This document shows positions 40,661 through 54,360 of a stretch of DNA of 64,000 nucleotides, piece by piece; the first letter of the stretch is position 1, and every line of letters begins with the position of its first letter. The position numbers and the translations under genes were made by a program. Below the pieces are notes generated by a model, which searched no databases, was not told where the DNA came from, and was given only the letters and a program-made list of their open reading frames with translations. Origin of the DNA: the human T2T-CHM13v2.0 reference genome, Homo sapiens. The stretch lies in NCBI RefSeq assembly GCF_009914755.1, contig NC_060925.1, one strand, 5' to 3'.

Positions 40661-43600
40661 ACCAGTTTTCTTCTGATTGAATTTGAACAGCAAAGATTTT
40701 TAGCTTTCTTCTTTGGTATTTAAATAAAAGTAATGTTATTTGTTCTATTTGCCATTATATTGTGATTTTTGGTGGTACAGAAAGGAAGATTTTTCCCATT
40801 ACCCCTACCATGTAGTCGTTGGGCATTTGTTGTTTGGAAGGCATGGTAAATTAGCACAGGTCAGGCAGTCAATTTTATTGAGTACCTGTAGGCACTGTGT
40901 TGGCCTCCTCATCTGGCTATATAGAGCTACCCTGGAGATCCTCATGCATAGACAACTGTCTGACTGCAACCTCTGGACACCATCAGCTGTGGCTTTCATC
41001 AAGTTCCCAAAGGCATCCTTGACCCCAGAGGTTAAGTGAATGAATCTCACACCTGTCTCCCTGAAAGATTTCTAAAATGTCAGTGGCATTTGGACAGGTT
41101 CACAGCTGCTCTGATCCACAGCATTTTCTAGAACTTCCTTTTACCTCGATGGGGGAGGAGGAATGCCTGTGAACTTGAGCTGACCTTCAAGACGCTGTAG
41201 GGCTCTTGGGCAAATTATGGACAAGACCTACATTGTTAGGATAGGCCCAGAAATCCAGCTTGCTAATAAATAGCCTTGGGAGGTGCTCACAGTCGAGTCA
41301 TAGCATTTGGCATTTCCCTGTACTCTAGCCTGTGTAGGATTTCTGGATGCTTAGGACTGTAACCAAACTTGAACTCTTGCCTGGGAATATGCCCTCCCCC
41401 ACACCCCCAGACCTTTTTTTGCCATCTAAATGACAAAGATAACTATCAGTAACATTTTGAACTTTCCTACAAAATTGCATTCTTCGTGGTGTATAGTAGG
41501 AAGCATTTCTTTACCTTGGAACTTTAGAAGAGGGTCTGAACTGAGCAAAAATTAGTGTCCCTGCCTTTTTAACGGCTGGACACTTATCACAAAGCTGTGC
41601 CAACATCAGTGATGGTGCACCCACAAAGGTGTTTGGTCTTGATAAGCTTCTAAAGAAGCAGACTTTGTTGTTGTTTTAAACAGTAATGAACTGTTTCAGT
41701 TTCATAAAAAAAAGAGACATTCTTTCTTAAATAGAAAAGGGCAGAAAGTTTATAGAGAATAATGTCTAACTTGCTAATGCAGTGTTTGCCTTTGCTCTGT
41801 GGCATGTGTGTGTGTGTGTGTTTATGTAGGCATGCCTACACGGCTGCTTGTGTTAATACTTAGTATAAAGCCTTAAAATGGATACCAGATTGGCTATGTA
41901 ACCTTGGAAGATTTATTTACACTCTCAGTTTCTTTTATTCCCAATCTTTTATCAAATGGTGTTTATTATATTCTCTGAAACCATTAAATAAAAAGGACTG
42001 TGGAAAAATTCTAAAATGCTAAAATTATTCCAGGCTAAAAAAAGTATTACAATAGGATGATGATGTTTAACCCATCTACTTGAAATAAAAAGCCGAGCAA
42101 ATCGAAATGTGATATATTTTAGAAGGTATTTCTTAGAGAAAAAAATGTTTAATGTTCCTTCTAGACTGCCATTATTCATTGTATTTTTATTTTAAACATA
42201 ATTATGAAATATTTTGAAAGTAATCAAGTAAATGTGGTGACATTTTTTTCTCTGGTTGAGCCAAGTGATAATAACAGATAACTGTTATCTATAATGCATA
42301 CTACGTTGACTCATTAAAGCCTCATCTTTGTTAAAACATTGAATATAGGATTTGAGAAGAGGAGAAGTTTCCTTATTTAGGAAAGGTTTTTGGTAGGTCT
42401 TTCTTGAAGAAATGGAGAAAATGGCCTGCTGATCTAATCTGAGGACGAATAAGAGAATCCTCCTCCCTGTGGCTATCATTCCTATGGTGCTATACCTGTG
42501 TGGGTGTGGATGTGATGGTGTGTGCCTTTGTTGGGGGAAAGAGAGCACAGATTGTCATAAGGTTGTACCCTTAATTCTCATCTTCTGTACTTATAGGAAC
42601 TGTGTGCTTGCCTAGAGACAGCAGCATTTGGTCCTTGAAAAACGGGATTTCCTGTGCACCCCTTAGAAATCCTCAGGGGCTGATACAAAGAGTAATTTCA
42701 AAGAGTTTACCTTAAGAGCTTTGTCACTGAGTGCAGAGAAAGGAATTTCTGTGATGATTCCAAACTTAGAGTCAGTGCTAAGGAAGAATCCATAGAGCTC
42801 CAAGGACTTCAACCTCAGGGGAGAAAAGCAGTAATTTATGGATCTTTCTAGAAATTACGGTTGGGTTCTTTCCCCTCTCAACCCAGGCTTCCTTAGTCAC
42901 GTGACTGGAATTTAATTATCAGTGCCATAAATAATCTTGTGAATGGAAGCAGTGTATTTGGCAGTGAATTTCTGCTTCCTAAAGAGAAAGGAACCTTTAG
43001 AAGTTATTTGAAATAATTCTGTATTAGCCACGATCCTGGAGGCAAATGGTCACAGAAGCAGAGCATGGTATCCCCAGAGAAAAGTGGGTTTTAGATGAGT
43101 CAGATATGTGGATATGTGCTGGTGACGAATGACATGAAGGTTGGATGTATTTTTTAAAATACAAATTTAAAGCAGGCTGTATTTAGAAGTTTATTTATAA
43201 TTGGTTTTAGGATAAAGCCAGCCTGTTGATGCATAACAGAGTTGATCTTTTGGTTCCATTAGCACCCTTGAAATATTTAACAAGAAGCTGACTTTAGCAT
43301 CTGAGCCCTTCCAACCACTGTTGGAGATGAGGCAGTCCATGTTGGATAATTCTTGTTGTAAAACAAGCAGACACCTCCTTTGTTTTTCCATCTTGCCCCA
43401 AGCCCTGTGTTCTAGACTAGGGAAGGTCAGCTCTTTTTATAGTCAGAGGTCTGTATGCCTTTGAAAATATCCATTCCCTTACCTGTCCTCAGCCAGTAAC
43501 AATTTATGTCCTGAAGATAGCAAGGAGTGCTGATTTAATTTATTTTACAAACAGTGTCCTTTCATGGGAGAGAGCAGGCTGGTAAAATTGTTTCAAGAAT

Positions 43601-43691
43601 CAGAACATTTTTCTTGGTTATTTATAACATAACTCGACCATCTAGCTACACAGGGCTTCATTCATTTGAGAAAGACTATTGAATCCAAAAA

Positions 43692-43940
43692 TAATAATCC
43701 TTTATATTTGTACAGTATTTGCAGTTTTATAAGGAACTCTTCACGTTCATTTTCTCATTTGATTTTTCTGACAACTCCATTAGGGTAGAGAGGGCAGGTA
43801 TTGTTACCTCCAAATTACAGATGAGGAACCTGAAACCTGAGTGCTTGTAAGTCCTACCCAGGGTTTCATAGCCACTCAGTGACTGGGACTGGAGCCCCCT
43901 AGATTTTACCCTAGCTCAAAAGCCAGTGCTCTTTCCACTA
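43692..43940 (-). mobile_element. MIR, near full length
   Basis: ttctcatttgat...gacaact...ttacagatgaggaa...ccagtgctctttccacta. Confidence 0.85.
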
Positions 43941-44007
43941 TTCCGTTTTGATACCCTTGGAAAGTTCACTGCTTATCTAGGAAAGAAAAATTGGTAGTTC
44001 TTGCTGA

Positions 44008-44479
<472 letters not shown>

Positions 44480-44559
44480 CTAATTCCCCTTTATGTTTTT
44501 TCTCACCTCTCTGGCCAGGGCTCTGAAGATATTCCTGGGAGAATGAGGGTACATGCCAC

Positions 44560-44760
44560 AGAGGGAGCCTTGGGTTTACAGTCAGCATAGCCCTGCCCAT
44601 TTCCAGCTGCGTAACCAGGAAAAGTGGTGGCTTTTCTCAGCCTCAGTTTATTCTGTACAGCTGGGGTGAGGGTGGTACCTAAGAGAATTAAGTGAGGTAA
44701 TGGATGTAGGGTCCTTGGCATAGTGACTGGTACTCAATATCCTCTAAATAAATATTATTC
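44560..44760 (+). mobile_element. MIR
   Basis: ctcagcctcagttt...gagaattaagtgaggtaatggatgta...ggcatagtgactgg. Confidence 0.6.
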
Positions 44761-44921
44761 TGTGTTAGGGAAAAGTGAATAGAGATAAATGCTAAGGGTA
44801 GAGGTGACGAGAGAAGTGGATGGAGACAAGGATGGCTTTTGGATTTGACTGTTTTCTCCACTGTAAGCACTGTTTGTTATCTTTCAGCTTTCATTTTGTC
44901 TCTCATCTTTTCCCCCTTCAG

Positions 44922-44956
44922 ATGTGAGGTGTCTTGAAGGAAGAGACATTTAGAAG
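44922..44956 (+). other. Candidate 35-nt micro-exon
   Basis: About 40-nt pyrimidine tract ending ttcAG at 44920-44921; donor AAG|GTGAGG. Confidence 0.3.
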
Positions 44957-45918
44957 GTGAGGGCATTATGCAGATGGAGAGGTCGGCGGCTAAATGTGGT
45001 TACTGAAGCCCTGCCTTGGGTCTGTTCCCAGCCTTCCTTGATTTTGAAACACATGCGCTCTCAGCAGGCCAGGGTAGTTTGCAAAGCTGTTGTGGAGGCT
45101 TTTCCCAGGCAGTGTTACCTGCTCCGAAAGCTGCAAGCGTGCCTACACACACTTCACAAAGCAGATGGTTTCTTTTGCTTTCCATGTGGTCTAAAAATCA
45201 AATGGACTTTTAATGGAAAGGTTGGGGAATTCCACACTCAATTATGAATCCAGTGCAGTGCAAGGGGCAGAGAGATGGTATACCACACCTTTTAGAAGAA
45301 TTTGTTACTCCTGGTCTCATCTGGCATTGGAGTGGGGAGGTGAGAAAGAGGAAGTAAGTAAATAAAGCTGCTACTCTGTGCTCCAAAACTACTGAGTAGC
45401 TGACATCTGCCATTTGCATTGAAAACTGAGAAAGAGGAGTGTGGTTTTGTTTTTGATTCCACAAGATGATGTGGAAGGGCAAATTGTTTTGGTTCTATGT
45501 GATAAACTTTGAGTACCTCCTGTGTGCCTGATACTATGATGGATACATATGCCTAGGGTAAAAGGATGAGAAGACACAGATCATGTCTTTGAGACGTTTA
45601 GCTTGAGTCACATTTGCTGAGACTGAAGTTGGGCTTTGCATTTGAAAAGCTAGCATTTTTGGATGCACTTTTGATGGGACCCAACAAGAGATGATTTGTT
45701 TATTTGGGAAGAATCCTGGCATGCAGTGAGGAGCACCTTTGTAGCTAGAACATGCTTAGATTTTGGTATTCTTGAAAATGTGGCCTCCTCCCCAATGCCA
45801 GTGTATAGGATTTAAAAAAAAACAAAAAAACACATCTCAAACCTTGGCATTTATTGAATATTAACAGGCCAGGCACCAAAGCATTATTCAGCATTGACAC
45901 TTAAACTTTTCTGTATTG

Positions 45919-46235
<317 letters not shown>

Positions 46236-46594
46236 TGATTTTGAGTTTATGAAAAATGTTGTATAACTATAGATGGGAAAAACTATTATTGAATGTTGTT
46301 GTCATTTTCTACCATTGTAATTGTTAGGGTAGAGTACCAAATGGTATTTAGCAAGGTAACAATGCCATACCTCCTCCAGGTCCTCAAAAAAGGCAGTATT
46401 AAAAATGAACCTACACTATAGGAAGCCTTATTCTAGTAGGCCAGTATTTATGCAGATGATTGTTACATTTATTTATTGTCACATGTCATAGTCTGTGTAA
46501 GTCAGTTATTTCACAGGTAAGCTACATCTTCATGTGGTTGCCTTCTGCAAGTGTCTCTTTCCTTCTTAGGTCACAGCTAGCTATATAGTCAGTC

Positions 46595-46910
46595 ACTTCC
46601 TCACTTGCTCATGCAACAATTTTTTTGACACCTACTCTGTGCCACAAACTGTAATAGTCATGCCATCACGAAGCTCATAGTCCAGGGGAGAAAGAAAAGC
46701 AAAGACAATACAGCTTGATTTGTGATAGAATTAATGCAGAGTGCCCCGGGCTATCTTTCTGCACGAGACCCCATCAAAGCCAAGTTGCAGAGGATGAGTG
46801 GGAATTGAGAGGCAAAGGGTTGGTGCAGGATGGAGATAGGAAGCATGGCATGTGTAAAGAAAAGCAGAGAGGTTGGGGAGAACAGGGTGTGTTCCAGCAG
46901 TTGTGCCTAG
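46595..46910 (-). mobile_element. L2 fragment
   Basis: cacctactctgtgcca...gaagctcatagtccagggg...purine-rich L2 antisense body. Confidence 0.6.
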
Positions 46911-47609
46911 TTCTGCCCAGGCCGAAGAGCAAGGCAGGAGTCCGCTTAGGAAAGCCTGCAGCTAACTGCTGTGTCACCTCTAGTGGAAGGCTTCATGGCA
47001 GCTGGTGAAAGTCTCCTAGCAGGGCCATACTTATCTTTTACCGGGTGATAATTCTCCCCCACCCTTTTTAATTTTTGCCATTTTTTTTATTATAAATGCT
47101 GTCATTTTAAGTTGGGGCGTAAACGTAGTATGCAGGAGGCAGGCATGAATTAATGAATAGTAAAGTCCTCTTAAATTGCCTTATAAAACTAAGTCCTACC
47201 AGGTTCCCCTTTCATCTCAGCAGATGTTTTACAGGATAGAAATAAAATCTATTTTGGTTTTTTAGCGTACCAGAAGATAAAACATCTGGCTGAGTGGATT
47301 TTCTCCCCTCTGATTGCTTACTTCCACTTAAAGCTTTTTTCATATAAAATTTATTGATATTTTTAAAAATTCTTTCTTATTATAAATGAGTAATATTATC
47401 TTAAGTTTAGAAAATTTGGAAAAAGAAAAACTACATAGATGAATACTACAGTTAACCTTAATCTTACTACTTGAAGAACTACTATAAAATGATAGATGGA
47501 TATTCTTTAAAAATTTTTTTTTCTATGCTTGTATACATTCTTTAATATGAGCAGAATCAAATTGCAATAAACTGATTTTTAAAAAATTCATTTATTCAAG
47601 AGATACTTG

Positions 47610-47966
<357 letters not shown>

Positions 47967-48438
47967 TCAAATGCCCTACAGGGAAATCTGGCAATTGTTG
48001 GGAATATCAAACATAGGAAAGTAGAAGTAACTGTATTTCCCTCCTTCCCACATTTGGGTCTCTCTATTTATGAAAAAACGCAAAAGAAGCTTATCCGGAG
48101 ATAGTTCAAAGATTGCTTTAAATGTGTCAAGTTATTTCAATCTCCTATGCCTTCTGTACACATCTTCAACAGGATTTGGTGAATTCACAGTGAGAGTCAT
48201 AATAATAATCGTGATTTTGAAAAGTAATAGTTGTCTAACACTTTCCCATTTATCTAGTGATGCTATATGCATTATCACATTTAATGCTTAAAACTTGAGC
48301 TATTGTTATCCCTATTCTAACAAGATAATCAAAGCATGGAGAAATTAACTCTGTCTTGCTAAGATCCTCAGATATGTTCTGAATCATAAAAGGTTATGTT
48401 ATATTTAGCACAGTGTTTATAGTAAGAATGTTTTCTCT

Positions 48439-48440
<2 letters not shown>

Positions 48441-48472
<32 letters not shown>
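48441..48472. repeat. (TG)16 microsatellite
   Basis: Direct reading. Confidence 0.97.
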
Positions 48473-48474
<2 letters not shown>

Positions 48475-49179
48475 GGAATACCATTATAATCTATAAGTCT
48501 CTCTTGATTTTCAGCTAGTGTGACTCCCCTTTCCATAACTCCCACCTCAAATTTGAACCATCCTGAATAGAGAGGAGCTTTAATAAACCAACTCTATTAT
48601 TGGTTCTGTAAGACCTTGACATTTGCAAACTTTATTTTTTGCCTTTTCTCCCACACAGTAGCCACTCTTGCAAATCAACCTTGGGAAGTTAGCATTCTTA
48701 ATGAAGATCTATAGGAGACTTTATCCTTAGACAGTAAATCAGCTCTTTCAAGGCACCATTCATCTCCCTTCGAGCGCATGAATTGGTATATGGCACCTTA
48801 CAAGAGCTCATTTATCTTATGTGGGTCCCTAGTTATTACTTTTGCCCACTTCCCCTAGATCGCCAGAGATCAAGGCAGAAATGAAGTAGAGGATGGCTTT
48901 GCACTTTGAAAATTTGCCAAGGTCAGCTGAGGTACCTGTGGCATTGACTTAGAGCTGGTGTTGAGTATTACCCATAACTTTTAGGGTGATATCACCCACA
49001 CTGGCAAATAATTAGTTTAGTTTGTCAAAGCATTTGAATTGTGCTTGGTTAAATAAAAATGGCTAGAAGGTAAAGTAATAGGGGAAAAAGTTTGTTACCT
49101 TGAGAATTTTTTTCCTCTTTAACATTTGTCCAAATCATATTGACATACTTTTGGCTTCCATATTAGTGATAAGGATGAA

Positions 49180-49370
49180 TTTTTACTAAGTGCCTAGGCT
49201 ATATGCTAGGTGCTTTTCCAAATGCCTTAAAAAACAATTCTACCACGATATAGGAGCCATTATCCTCCTTTCATATAGGAGGAGCTGATCATCACTGATG
49301 TTAAATAACTTGCTGAAGGATATGTGTAACCAGATAGGTGGAATCAGGATTCAATCCGTGTATCTCCAGT
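49180..49370 (-). mobile_element. MIR
   Basis: gctaggtgcttt...gttaaataacttgctgaagg...ggtggaatcaggattcaa. Confidence 0.65.
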
Positions 49371-49550
49371 GTTTGCCCCTGTGACTGTGGTAAGGCTGCA
49401 GCCTTATTGGAAGTCATCCACTTGTTTAAAAGGATGATGCATACTCTGTGCATAATGTTTGATAACGAATTAATTGAAGTGGAATAGCATGAGCTTACAG
49501 TTTGCAGTGGACCCCGAAGCCAGGCTTTCATTGCTAAAGGAGCTAATACT

Positions 49551-49990
49551 TGTTTCTGTGGTTTGGGTTTCCTCACAAGCAGACTCTGAAACAAGGTTTT
49601 GAGTGCAAGTATTATAGTTTATTTGGGAGGTGATCCCAGGAAGTATGGTGAGGGCATATACTCAATAACGGATGCCCTAATGAGCAGATTATCACTGTGA
49701 GAGATTGGGCTCCCTGCCTGTGGGCACCTCCCTGACAGACTGTAGAACATGCCTCATTGTTTAACTGAGAAGCAACTCCTTGTCTTTCACTAGTTGAGAG
49801 TTGCTCCTGAGTGCATTAAGTCCCCTGCCCTTTCAGCCTGCCCCACTTTGCCATGTGGACAGAGAAAGCCCTGAGGCAGAGAGACTACGGTGTTTGTGCT
49901 TCAAGTTGGACAGCATGTCTGCCCCAGCTCCAGGTGACCTCCACGGAGTGTGAGCAGCATGTGGGGAGGACACCAATAGTTTCTGTTACA
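49551..49990 (-). mobile_element. LTR16(C)-like ERVL solo LTR
   Basis: TG...CA ends; aagcagactctgaaacaagg...gagtgcaag...tttatttgggaggtgatcccaggaag is the LTR16 3' end reversed. Confidence 0.8.
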
Positions 49991-50119
49991 TTTGCTTTTG
50001 AAGCCAGCATCAGTGCTGATAAAGATGCATCCAGACTGATGCACCTGGCTTTGGGGGTGACAACCTTGTATAAACAAGTGAGACAGGAGAGGAGGCAGTG
50101 AAGCTAGGATTCCTCTTAA

Positions 50120-50310
50120 GAGAAGAAGGTAGGATTTGGAATCAGGCAGTCTGGGGTATTGTTCCTAGTTCTGTACTTACTAGCTGTATGCTGGGCAAGT
50201 CAATTTGTTCGAGTCTCAGTTTTCTCAGCTATAAAGTGGACATAGCTGCCTCACAGGGATCAAATGCAATGCCATTCGTAAAAGCGTTTGTAAATGATAA
50301 AGCGACATGC
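50120..50310 (+). mobile_element. MIR
   Basis: acttactagctgtatgctgggcaagtca...ctcagttttctca core. Confidence 0.75.
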
Positions 50311-53300
50311 CACCTTTGAGTCATTGCCATTGGAGCTCCTGATTGAGGAATCTGGTGGAGTACTAGGTGCTAGCAGAGCTTTGAGGGCAGCTGTTTGCTT
50401 TACAAGACACACCTGAAGGCTGCTATCTTGGCTCAAGAAGCCTGTCCTCAAATATCCTGACGCTTTGAAAGTCAAGGGTAAGGGATTCAAACCCTATGTA
50501 GGCCCCTTTCTCTCATCTGGTTTCTGGCCTACTGAGAGTTGCTAACCCTGCTTTGCACCAGGTGAGACTGTATTTCCAATAGCCCCCTATCGAGTGCAGA
50601 GATGTTTTGGGGGGTGAAAGTTGATTTTGATTGGATTTACAACCCCATATATCAAGCACTAGACTAAAGGTCCATCAGCCTTTAGAAGAAGCCACAGTGG
50701 TTTTCATTTCTTTCACTCTGTTTATCTTCTGACCAAAGGCTGACTCTTCCACAGGCGGCTGATATCGAGTCAATCAGGACTCTTTATGCATTATGTGAAT
50801 TTGGCCCTCACACAGCTGAGAATGGCCTGAATAGCTAAGAGAGCATCCTCTCTGCAGCACCTCTTGACTCCTCAGGACGAGTCACACTGAAAGAGGCAGG
50901 TGGATGCCCCTGATTGTGTCCCCTCCCATCCAGCATCATGGCCAGCACTGCCATTCCTTCACCCCACCCACCCCAGTTAGCCCCTGGCTTGAACTCCGTC
51001 ACTCAAGAGGGAACATTAAAAACCCCACACCTCTGACTCATACTTTGATTTTGTGGCCTAAAGAGGCAAAGACGCCGTAAGGAGCTTTTAGGGGCCATCA
51101 CTATGGAGCCTCTTTATTGCCCAGCAAAAGCCTTAAATGATAATGGGAAACCTCACTATTGATTGGCTGACTCTTAATTCTTCCTCTTTGGGTTTTGAAG
51201 TAGAAGTGATGGTCCAGAATATTTATATTACTCATTGGATATATTAAATTAAACATACAAAAGTCCTACAGCCATTTAAGATGGGGTTGCAGCACTGGTG
51301 AATACGACTTTATTACCAAGAGAGAAGAGTAGCTTTTAGTTGTGGCTTAGCTGGAATATATTGATGATAAGAATGGCTCAGCAGACAGAAGTCTTGGGAC
51401 TCTCAAAAAGGCTCCAAGTGTGCTTTCTTTTAAAAAAGTTATTTAGGCCCATCCTTTATAAACACCCAAGTAGATGGTCTGATGGGGTCATGGTAACAAA
51501 GATTCAGCTTCTATCTAGGTGGATGGTAAGACCCGCTAACATCTTGGCAAACCGTGTTATTGGGCCATTAAGGACCAGTGCTTGAATTCTGGGGCTGAAA
51601 ATTCAACGTATTCCCTTATAAGAAAATGTCTGCTCATGATAAGAAGTCACACAAAGTACAACCTCACTATAGTACAGGATTTAGAATCTTTATTTCTCCA
51701 TCTCATCTTAAACCCATTGGAAGTTAGCATGGATTAGAGGGTCGGTTGACTCTTCTCAATGACGGGGCTGGCATATAAGAGCTAAAATTTTTATTATTGA
51801 GTTACTACTCAAGGTTTTAAAAGATTTTGACCCCTGGAAAAAAATACAGTGCTTGAGGCAGTGAAATAGTTAATATGACTGCCTCCCTTACAGGTTTCCC
51901 CAGATATGCTTACTTGCTGTACAATGGATAATTGTTAGCTCTTGTTGTGCAGATGCTGTTGCAGATGGAGTCCTGTACCTGCATGCATAGCAAATGAATT
52001 AGACTGGCAATCCCCTTTATAAAGCATAAATATGTAATTTGTTCAGCTGTTGTAATTAAATATGTATGTGTGAAACAGCCACCATTCAGGTCATTAATGA
52101 TGCGCCATGCCAAATTAGAGCTTACAGACAGTAATGTACATTGTTGTGCAATGAGGGAATTGCAAATAACATGGCTAAGCCTTTCCTAGTAAAGGGATGC
52201 ATTCAGCAGCTTTAAAAAGAATATTTACATTTGTAACATAATTTTTATTTAGAAGGTACATTTTTGTTCATTGTGAAAGTCTGTAAGATGGAATTACTTT
52301 CATCTCCACTTTAGTTTTATTATTGTTTTAACATTTTATCATACAAATGCAACAGACTTTATTAAACATGCTGCTTGGTGATAAGTGTTAAGTATCTACT
52401 TACATATAAAACAGCAGTTACCCCTGGTTTTCTACATGGCTGTGATAGAACTGATGTATCATAGCACTGTGGAATGTCTTGATAATTTCATTGCATTAAA
52501 AAAACCACCTCATAATATTTCAACTCTATTCCCTACTGATACATAAAGAAATTCCTGTGATAGTAAATAGTATTTTTATTTCCATAGAAATTGGGCTGAG
52601 AAAAATGCAGTTATCAAAATATAAACAAATAAAAGTGGTAAATGTGCCTCTTGTGCTTTAATTCCCAATGAATTACTTGTGAATCCAAGGAATTTCCTAA
52701 GAAAAGTGTCATATATGGGTCAGAATGGTTGCTTTTTAAAATTTAAGACTCAAAGTTTGTTAAGTGAATGCACTTGGGAAAATTATTGCTTTGTCCTTTT
52801 TCTCCTTGGTTTTAGGTTACAGTCTTTGAAAATACTTGAAGCTGAAATTTAAATATATAAAAACTATTTTTACTTTAAATTCTTTCTGTATTTGTATTTT
52901 GGTTGCCTGCAGTCTATTTTTAACATACATGTTGTTTTGACGGTTCATACTGTGACTACATGAGCTAACCATCTTGACCTTTCTGTCCACCAGGGCAGCA
53001 GGAGGAAGCATCTTAGAGTTAATTCTGTCTTGTTCACAGCTGGGAACAGAACATTCCTCTGTGATCCCCTTGCACATGATTCACTGGGATCTCTTGGAAG
53101 CTGGACTTGATACTATAAGTCCTAGGCTTCTAAGGTCGAACACAGATCAAACTTAGTGGCATGTTTGGTTAAGAGTTAGATTAGACAAAACCAATGAAGT
53201 TGTTAAAAGTTTCAGAAACAATTGAAAATGAAATTGATGCATGATTTTAGCTTTGCAACAAATTCAACTTTAGAAATATCCTTAAGCCTAAGATTAATCA

Positions 53301-54360
53301 AGATTCAGGACCTTGAAGAATTTTCAAAGTTAGAACTGTAATTTGTGTAGGGACGTAAAATCTTTATTTTCAACAAACAGCAAATGTTTCCGTTAAACAA
53401 ATGTGTATTTTATTTGAAACAGATGAAATCATAACAGTTTGGCTTGCTTTACCTAAGTTATTGTTCCATAATATCAAAAAAATTACTTAAAATAAGTTCT
53501 TCTCTTCATATTCCCCGAAGTTTTTGTCCAGTTTTCTGTATAGCTTTTTGGTTCAGCCAAAAAGAGACATTTCATTTGCAGCATTAGGGAAAAGTTTAAT
53601 TATTGTTTATGAAGATAGAAATGTTATATGAATGACAGTGATTTAAAAATATTATTACTTATGATTGTAGTCAACCTTTTCCCCGAATATTGAAAACCAT
53701 GAAAAGGCTTTGCCCTGACAGCTACATGCTTAGCATTAACTATACTTGCAAGTTTTCCAAAAAGATTTTTTTCAAGACCTGTTTTCATTTACTTCCTTTA
53801 TCCTAATTAGAGATCGTAATCTTTTGATGGGCAGCTTCTCTTATTTCTACCTGTTTCAGTACTATAGTACTGGTAAAATGGCACAGTGTATATTTTGGTT
53901 CTTGGAGGGAGACTTGGGAGGATCCATTACTTTAAAATATTTTGTTGCAGCCACCTATCAGAGGTTTCTTTTAATTTCTTTTACTGCAGGAATTTCAGAG
54001 ATGCTTAAATTATAGAATTATGGACTACAGAATTATAGAATACCTAGGGATGGGAATTGGGAGGTTTGTAGGAGGCGTGCACGTCAGAAGGTGGGAGCCA
54101 TGCAGAAAGGTCACAGGTCTTATCTAGGTAGTTTCAAGGAGCAAATGCTTGTTTTGCAGTAGTGGTGGCAGGGTGGTTTGGCTCATTCAAGCCCCTTGCT
54201 CTGGAGGAACACCGATAAACCATCAGGATGTCTTTTCGTCTTGCGTTAACTGTGGCAAGGCTGTGCATTAAAGAACATAACCATCACTAAAAGGGTGGGA
54301 ACACCCCAGCGACCAGTGGCCAGTGGCCAGGTGCTTTATGGTAACACCACAGACATGCCT

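Noticed and set aside
46505-46522. cacAG|GTAAGC as a second recursive splice site
   Set aside because: The donor is strong but the pyrimidine tract is short and other AGs lie just upstream
47340-47600. Possible old L1M fragment
   Set aside because: AT-rich and too degenerate to assign by eye
50001-50051. 14-bp bulged hairpin (AAGCCAG-CATCAGT / ACTGATG-cac-CTGGCTT)
   Set aside because: Two 7-bp helices with a 20-nt loop can arise by chance in 64 kb; no other support
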